A DNA stretch of 64,000 bases from Bdellovibrionales bacterium (GTDB lineage Bacteria > Bdellovibrionota > Bdellovibrionia > Bdellovibrionales > JAGQZY01): NCBI GenBank assembly GCA_964230645.1, contig CAXRHT010000003.1, positions 320,001 through 384,000 of the forward strand. The letters are read 5' to 3'. The position numbers and the translations under genes are program-made. This document shows positions 58,332 to 64,000 of the stretch, one piece after another; within the stretch, counting starts at the first letter, position 1, and every line of letters begins with the position of its first letter. Under the pieces are notes generated by a model that was given only the letters and a program-made list of their open reading frames with translations, had not been told where the DNA came from and searched no databases.

Positions 58332-59369
58332 ATGTCGACAAATAATCCTGTAGGATTGGATGGAATGGAATTTATTGAGTACTCGGGCCCAGATGCGAGT
58401 CTCTTCGAAAAACTCTTCGATAATCTTGGGATGAAGCCCATCGCAAAGCACAAAACAAAAAAAATCACTCTTTATCGTCAAAACGATATTAACTTCTTGC
58501 TCACAGAAGAAGAGGGCAGCTTTGCTACAGACTTTTCTAAAGAACATGGGCCTTGTGCTTGCTCAACTGGGTTTCGCGTAAAGGATGCCAAGAAAGCTTT
58601 TGAAACAGCTGTAGAAAGAGGGGCTAAGCCTTACACTGAGGACAGTAAAAAATCTCTAAAATGGCCAACGATTTATGGAATAGGGGACTCTCTGGTTTAT
58701 TTTGTGGACCAGTATGGAGATAAAGGAAATATTTACGATGAAGAATTTGAGTACACAGCCGACGATATTCATCCTAAAGGTTTCGGATTCACCTATGTTG
58801 ATCATATGACCAATAACGTCCCGAAAGGGGAACTTGATAACACGGCCAAATTTTACGAAGATGTATTTGGTTTTAGAGAAATTCGCTTTTTTGATATCAA
58901 GGGTTCTGCCACTGGCCTTCTTTCCCGAGCCATGCGTTCACCATGTGAGAAAATTACTATACCTATCAATGAGCCCACTGAAGATAAGTCCCAAATTCAA
59001 GAGTATCTCGATGAGTACAAAGGGTCCGGCATTCAGCATATCGCTCTTCATACAGAAGACATTTGCGATACGGTAAAACATGTGAAAGGTAAAGGAGTAG
59101 AAACTCTTGATGTGCCTGATACTTACTACGAAATGCTCAACGACCGCGTTCCGAATATCACAGAAAGTCCGGACATTTTGAAAAATCTCCGTCTCCTTGT
59201 TGATGGTGATGACGAGGGATATCTCCTGCAGATTTTCACTCAAAATCAAATTGGTCCTATTTTCTACGAATTCATTCAGCGTAAAAACCATTACGGTTTC
59301 GGAGAAGGAAACTTCAAAGCTCTTTTTGAAGCCATTGAAAGAGACCAGCAACGTCGAGGCGTTTTATAA
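58332..59369 (+). CDS. hppD: 4-hydroxyphenylpyruvate dioxygenase
   Basis: NPVGLDGMEFIEY, DHMTNNV, GIQHIA, LLQIFT, FGEGNFKALF. Confidence 0.96.
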   Translation: MSTNNPVGLDGMEFIEYSGPDASLFEKLFDNLGMKPIAKHKTKKITLYRQNDINFLLTEEEGSFATDFSKEHGPCACSTGFRVKDAKKAFETAVERGAKPYTEDSKKSLKWPTIYGIGDSLVYFVDQYGDKGNIYDEEFEYTADDIHPKGFGFTYVDHMTNNVPKGELDNTAKFYEDVFGFREIRFFDIKGSATGLLSRAMRSPCEKITIPINEPTEDKSQIQEYLDEYKGSGIQHIALHTEDICDTVKHVKGKGVETLDVPDTYYEMLNDRVPNITESPDILKNLRLLVDGDDEGYLLQIFTQNQIGPIFYEFIQRKNHYGFGEGNFKALFEAIERDQQRRGVL

Positions 59370-59372
59370 ACC

Positions 59373-60485
59373 ATGTTTAAATTGGGACAGGAGATCACCT
59401 CAGACCAGGCCATGCGATTTTCTATAGAAACAGCGAAGCTTGGAAGAGGTTTTGTCTCTCCTAACCCCCTTGTCGGTTGTGTCATTGTAGATAGCCAGCA
59501 TAAGTTTTTAGCCTCTGGAGCCCACCTGCGCTTTGGGGGCGAGCACGCTGAGATCAATGCTCTGAAAAATCTAAAAGATAAATCAAAGCTTAACGGAGCT
59601 CGAGTTTATGTTACCTTAGAGCCCTGTGCTCATGAGGGTAAGACCGGCTCGTGTGCCAAAGCCCTTTCAAAATATCCAATTAAAGAAGTTTATTATGGAC
59701 TTAAGGACCCGAATCCTCTGGTAGCCGGTCAAGGGTTAGAGATCTTAATTAAAAATGGTATCGACACCTATCCCTTTGGGAAATATGAAGAAGAATGCGA
59801 AGAAGTTTGTGAACAGTTTCTTTATCATATTGCCCATCAAAAACCCTTCATTTCCATGAAAGTAGGGACCAGCCTTGATGGCAAGATCGCTCTTGCCAGT
59901 GGTGAAAGTCAATGGATCACCGGCGAAGAAGCTAGAAAACACTCTCGAAACTTAAGAGCCCACTACGATGCCACCTTGATAGGGGCGGGGACTTTTATGT
60001 TCGATGATCCATTGTTGGATTTTAGAGGCACTGGTTACGAGCATGAGAAAAAAAATAAGGTGATCATTCTCGACCCAAAAGGTAAAGCGGCCTCGTCATT
60101 TAAAGACTCCAAAATTAATAAAAAGCATGGTCCTAAAAATGTCTTTGTACTAACTCGTTCCGAGTTTAGCGAGGCTTGGGCGCAAAACTTAGTTCACGTT
60201 ATCAATTGGGACTCTTCTAAGGACTCCTGGAACCAGGCCTTAAAAAACCTTTACAATAAAGGAATTGCCTCCGTTTTTGTGGAAGGTGGGTCTTATGTTT
60301 TTGGACAACTTTTAGAGCATCAACTAGTTCAAAAGATTTATATGTACCAAGCACCTAAGGTTTTAGGGGCCGGGAAAAGCTGGTCTGATTTTTTAAAGCT
60401 TGAGTCTCTTTCAGAGGCGAAGGTTTTTAAAAAATGGAAAACGATCCCCCTCGGTGAGGATCGACTCAATATTTTATACTTTTAA
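59373..60485 (+). CDS. ribD: Riboflavin biosynthesis deaminase/reductase
   Basis: PNPLVG, HAE, LEPCAH...C, SLDGKIA, VEGG. Confidence 0.96.
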   Translation: MFKLGQEITSDQAMRFSIETAKLGRGFVSPNPLVGCVIVDSQHKFLASGAHLRFGGEHAEINALKNLKDKSKLNGARVYVTLEPCAHEGKTGSCAKALSKYPIKEVYYGLKDPNPLVAGQGLEILIKNGIDTYPFGKYEEECEEVCEQFLYHIAHQKPFISMKVGTSLDGKIALASGESQWITGEEARKHSRNLRAHYDATLIGAGTFMFDDPLLDFRGTGYEHEKKNKVIILDPKGKAASSFKDSKINKKHGPKNVFVLTRSEFSEAWAQNLVHVINWDSSKDSWNQALKNLYNKGIASVFVEGGSYVFGQLLEHQLVQKIYMYQAPKVLGAGKSWSDFLKLESLSEAKVFKKWKTIPLGEDRLNILYF

Positions 60486-60501
60486 TCTTAAAAAATATTT
60501 A

Positions 60502-60825
60502 TTATTTGTTGAGCTCAGACTGTAGGAAGGAAGAGGTTTCACCTTGATAACCTTCCATTACAGGCTTGGGAGCATCGTTATCTTGATCTTTATCCGATCC
60601 CCATTTTAAAACAGACTTAGAGCACTCCATCTCTCCTTGGAATTCACCAGCACTTCTTGGGGTGTTGGCCTGGCGGCACGCCGATTTTGAAGATGTGTAG
60701 GGATTGGCACTAGCTCTTAGCATAAGTTCACTATTAAATTCAGGAAAAGAAATTTCTTTCCCCATTTTGGCAGAACTAATATTACAGATTATTAAAGCTA
60801 AAAAAATGATTCGTAATGTTCGCAT
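60502..60825 (-). CDS. Small exported hypothetical protein
   Basis: Signal-like N-terminus; 107 aa. Confidence 0.5.
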   Translation of the reverse strand: MRTLRIIFLALIICNISSAKMGKEISFPEFNSELMLRASANPYTSSKSACRQANTPRSAGEFQGEMECSKSVLKWGSDKDQDNDAPKPVMEGYQGETSSFLQSELNK

Positions 60826-60948
60826 AAAAGAAAAATAATAGGATTCGATCTGGTGGGCAATTGAAAATGGATTTATTGAAATTTATTTTGGACTGTCAAA
60901 TCGTAAGACAGTTTAGTGCTACTATATTATTTGGTTCGATCCACGATC

Positions 60949-61078
60949 CCCCTAGTAATGTTTATAATAATTTTCGCAAGGGCTCTTGTGAGCGTGATGC
61001 GTTTTCGCCCGAAGGGCGAAACACAAGCAAGGCATGGATGCCGGCCCTGGAGAAATTTATTATAAACATTACTAGGGG
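60949..61078. mobile_element. MITE-like element (~130 bp)
   Basis: Perfect 22-bp terminal inverted repeats CCCCTAGTAATGTTTATAATAA / TTATTATAAACATTACTAGGGG, extending imperfectly to ~36 bp; internal hairpins; no transposase. Confidence 0.65.
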
Positions 61079-61105
61079 AGGACGAGGGCTTCGACCGAGC
61101 TCGAA

Positions 61106-61158
61106 GGTCCTTCGGCTTCGCCTCAGGACGACAGTTTGAGCTTGTGCCTCAGGAAGAC
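61106..61158. repeat. Degenerate half-copies of the REP-like palindrome at 6473-6565
   Basis: GTCCTTCGGCTTCGCCTCAGGACGAC and GCCTCAGGAAGAC resemble ATCCTTCGCTTCGCTCAGGATGAC. Confidence 0.5.
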
Positions 61159-61173
61159 ATTGGGCTTTTGTGG

Positions 61174-63414
61174 CTAGTCGATTGTGACTTCAATGACTCG
61201 TCTGTTCGGTGAAGTGATGGGCTCTACCAATTCATAGAGGACAGCCAATTCATGAGGGATGGTATAGTCAGCTTCTCCGCTCTCTTCATCAAAAGTCGAG
61301 AAGAAACCTCTTTCTACTCTTAATTCCTCACGATTATTTTCCATATAATTGATCTGATTCGATCTTTCAGGAGTCGCCATGGCTAGAAGATAATTCATAT
61401 AGTCGTTGTCTTCACATCCATAAAGGTGGGGCATCACTCGTACAGCCCCCTCTTTTATGGTCGCATTCTGTCCGTCGTGCTCCACATTTCTTCCCTGCGA
61501 TAAAAGAGCGACACCAATATAGCGAGTGATCCCAGAATAAGTATCCAGATTGAGGCCGGTCTCCTCCATGATGGGTTTCACGCGATCTTCCCAGCGGTAG
61601 GATTCTTGGGTGACAAACACTTTGTCCTCTCTGAATTCGCATTGAGTCGAGTGAGCCAACTCAATTTTTGCAGCGTACTCGGCGATGATCGTTCCCATTT
61701 CATCTCTATTAATTATTTTAGCGTCTAAATCGGGTTCGAGAGATTTGGGGAAAGCTGTCGGATCATTATCGAGAGTTTTATCAAAGATTTTTCCAGAAAT
61801 AAGTTCGTAGTCTTTACCGTAATCTTCAATATAAGAGCGATTGCCATAGACCGCTTCACCATCGACCACCACTAAGTTTATTTCTTGGGCTTGAACATGT
61901 CGAACGAGGTTCGTGTGGGGATTGGTGTCGGTGATTCTTGTGGCTATCAAAGTCCCCATGGCACCTACTTCAAGAGTTCCCACTCCGTGTTCGTCCTCGT
62001 TTTCAAACCCATAGTGGTTCATAATTTTAGCGGAGTTTTTTGTGACCATGTCATAAAGAGCCTCATCGCTCAGTGGGATTCCTGAAAACTCGAGGTAATC
62101 GGCCGCCACTCGAAGTTCTTCAAGTACACTTTTTGAACCTGTGGGGGTCCAATCAGAGCCCAGAGCGATTGTAACACCCGCTTCAATGGCCGCTTTGATA
62201 TCCACTGTTTCTCCGTAGAGAAGAAAGTTTGAATAAGGAGACCAAACCAATCCCATGTTGTTAGCCGCCATATGTTCGAAGTCTTCTTTTTTAAGACCAT
62301 TTCCATGAATGAAGTTCATTCCGTCACGAGCAAGTCCTGCTAACTTTAACAATTGAAATTCTACCCAAGTTTCTGGATCAAGACGTCGGCCTTCTGCTAA
62401 GTGGGTAATAATGGCCCCTTTTTGAGGGTCATCTAGATATTCGTTGCGACTGACGATTTGTTTGTGAGGTAGGTTTCCAAATTTTTCCGTGAGGAAAAGG
62501 ATCATTTCCTTTTTGTTCTCAACACCGGGACAGGCTTGGGCCAAAGTGTCCTCTGATGCTAGTAACCAATCAACAGCCAAATCAGAGGCGACATTGTCGA
62601 CCACCCATTGAGGGACCAAGGGTCTTACTGTCTCTGCCTCAACATGAGTTTCTATTTCGCTTAATGTTCGCTCGGTCACTTCACACCGGGTGGCTAGAAA
62701 TTGACTAAGGGACTGTTTATAGCAATCAAAAGTTCCTTGGCAGCCTTTTTCGATCATGATTGGTCGAAGCATATTCCAGAGGAAGCTCCACTTAAATGGA
62801 TCTATGATATCTCCACTGGATTGTATAGAGGATCTCTCCGAAACAAAGGCGTGGCGATCTTCCACGGAATGAATCGCAAAGTTTTTATGATTGTAAATGG
62901 TTCCCTGCAAATAGGTAGTTCCAAGTACCATGGCTTGAAGTTCAGACCAGCGGTAGGCGGCCACTTGCGAGGCTGTGGCTCCGGACCAAGGGTTCATATT
63001 ATTACTTTGAACTGTTTGGTATTCATTGGAGTCTTGGCGCCACTCAAAACGATTGGCAAATCTTCCAAGCGCTGAGGTCCAAGTCGGGAGCATGTTTTGT
63101 TTGTTGTGGCCGTGAAGGTCGATCAAGCCAGGATAGATGGCGTCGAATTCTCCGGTTTCAGGATTCATTAGTACTATTGAACGATCGGCTGTGGCTTTAA
63201 GATCCTCAACTTCGGAGGATTCAAAAGTTCCAATTTCTGTGATCAGGCGATCTTCCATGCGAATGTAGCCCTGGGAAAAATGATCACTGCTTCGTCCCTC
63301 CAGATACTGACCAGGAATGTGGCCGATAACAATCAAGCTCTCGGCTTGAGCCTTCAAGGCGGCTAAAAAGACGATGAGTGTGGTGACTAAAAAATTGAAA
63401 CTTTTTTTATTCAA
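61174..63414 (-). CDS. Exported amidohydrolase-superfamily protein
   Basis: Signal peptide; PGLIDLHGH, THLAEG, FIHG, VWSPYSN, ALGSDW, GTLEVG. Confidence 0.85.
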   Translation of the reverse strand: MNKKSFNFLVTTLIVFLAALKAQAESLIVIGHIPGQYLEGRSSDHFSQGYIRMEDRLITEIGTFESSEVEDLKATADRSIVLMNPETGEFDAIYPGLIDLHGHNKQNMLPTWTSALGRFANRFEWRQDSNEYQTVQSNNMNPWSGATASQVAAYRWSELQAMVLGTTYLQGTIYNHKNFAIHSVEDRHAFVSERSSIQSSGDIIDPFKWSFLWNMLRPIMIEKGCQGTFDCYKQSLSQFLATRCEVTERTLSEIETHVEAETVRPLVPQWVVDNVASDLAVDWLLASEDTLAQACPGVENKKEMILFLTEKFGNLPHKQIVSRNEYLDDPQKGAIITHLAEGRRLDPETWVEFQLLKLAGLARDGMNFIHGNGLKKEDFEHMAANNMGLVWSPYSNFLLYGETVDIKAAIEAGVTIALGSDWTPTGSKSVLEELRVAADYLEFSGIPLSDEALYDMVTKNSAKIMNHYGFENEDEHGVGTLEVGAMGTLIATRITDTNPHTNLVRHVQAQEINLVVVDGEAVYGNRSYIEDYGKDYELISGKIFDKTLDNDPTAFPKSLEPDLDAKIINRDEMGTIIAEYAAKIELAHSTQCEFREDKVFVTQESYRWEDRVKPIMEETGLNLDTYSGITRYIGVALLSQGRNVEHDGQNATIKEGAVRVMPHLYGCEDNDYMNYLLAMATPERSNQINYMENNREELRVERGFFSTFDEESGEADYTIPHELAVLYELVEPITSPNRRVIEVTID

Positions 63415-63608
63415 AACAACCTCCCAAAGGCTTTCTTCGATGCGGCGGTTATAGCACTCTTTCTCAATACTTAGAGGTGCTATTAGGGAAATTGCAAAGC
63501 TTTCAGGGTTTTAAAAAAAATATGTAAAGAAAAGGGTGAGAAGGCCGTTTTTACTAACTCAAACCTGACAATAGTGGGATGGATCGAAAAGGAAGTGGCA
63601 TTATTTTA

Positions 63609-63983
63609 CTACTTTATTTCGTATTTGGTTTCTGCGGCATCAAAAATTTTAATAAGATCGGCTCCCTTTTTCTTACCTAGGGAAGTGATTTGAATCAGGT
63701 TTTTTCTACCGTCACTGGGAGCGAGCTTCTTGAGGATCAGGTTTTGACCTTCCAAACTTTTCAAGGAGTGACTAATCTGATCTTTCTTTAAGTGAAGACA
63801 TTGGGCCAATTCACTAGGGGTTGCTTGCCCTGAGTTTTCAAAGAAAAGAGCCAAAAGGACGAGGGCTTCGTTGAGGTTGAAATGCTTGGTTTTCAATTCC
63901 GTTTGTAAGCTTTTAAAATGAGAATGGTAATCCCAATAAAGCTGCATAAGGAGGCTGGTTTTCATAAACTGTTGAAATCTCAT
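63609..63983 (-). CDS. MarR family winged-helix regulator
   Basis: LNLNEALVL, TPSELA, LKSLEGQNLI, DGRKNLIQITSLG. Confidence 0.85.
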   Translation of the reverse strand: MRFQQFMKTSLLMQLYWDYHSHFKSLQTELKTKHFNLNEALVLLALFFENSGQATPSELAQCLHLKKDQISHSLKSLEGQNLILKKLAPSDGRKNLIQITSLGKKKGADLIKIFDAAETKYEIK

Positions 63984-64000
63984 GACAAGTAGTGATAGCG

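Noticed and set aside
60861..61139. 92-aa ORF
   Set aside because: Spans the MITE and REP remnants; no SD or protein-like features.

Overview
A 64-kb, moderately AT-rich bacterial chromosomal segment, most likely from a predatory Bdellovibrionota (Bdellovibrionales-like). The assignment rests on dnaX-ybaB-recR-mglA with no mglB and Ser21 in MglA, a TIGR02147/DUF4423 protein, PilZ proteins and many orphan signal-peptide proteins. Housekeeping blocks: ffs-dnaX-ybaB-recR-mglA-nadA-PPTase, tadA / rpsU-yqeY-dnaG-rpoD-tRNA(CAT), rnhA-rnpB, an osmoprotectant ABC transporter, leucine catabolism (liuBCDE), a complete pantothenate/CoA operon, and hppD-ribD. The most interesting part is an accessory block at ~21.1-24.8 kb. 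It holds (i) an unannotated candidate sRNA with a near-consensus sigma-54 promoter, two tandem UGUUGUACGUU repeats, a long hairpin with a C8 (anti-Shine-Dalgarno-like) loop and a U9 tail; (ii) a signal-peptide CCA/poly(A)-polymerase-fold nucleotidyltransferase with rewired specificity motifs; (iii) a secreted protein-glutaminase; and (iv) a secreted lytic-transglycosylase-like protein. Other observations: a PilZ-PilZ-GNAT protein missed by the ORF track, a Cys-repeat secreted protein, a divergent radical SAM pair, an A9 slippage candidate in dnaX, a MITE, and REP-like palindromes. All calls come from motif recognition by eye; no database searches were run.
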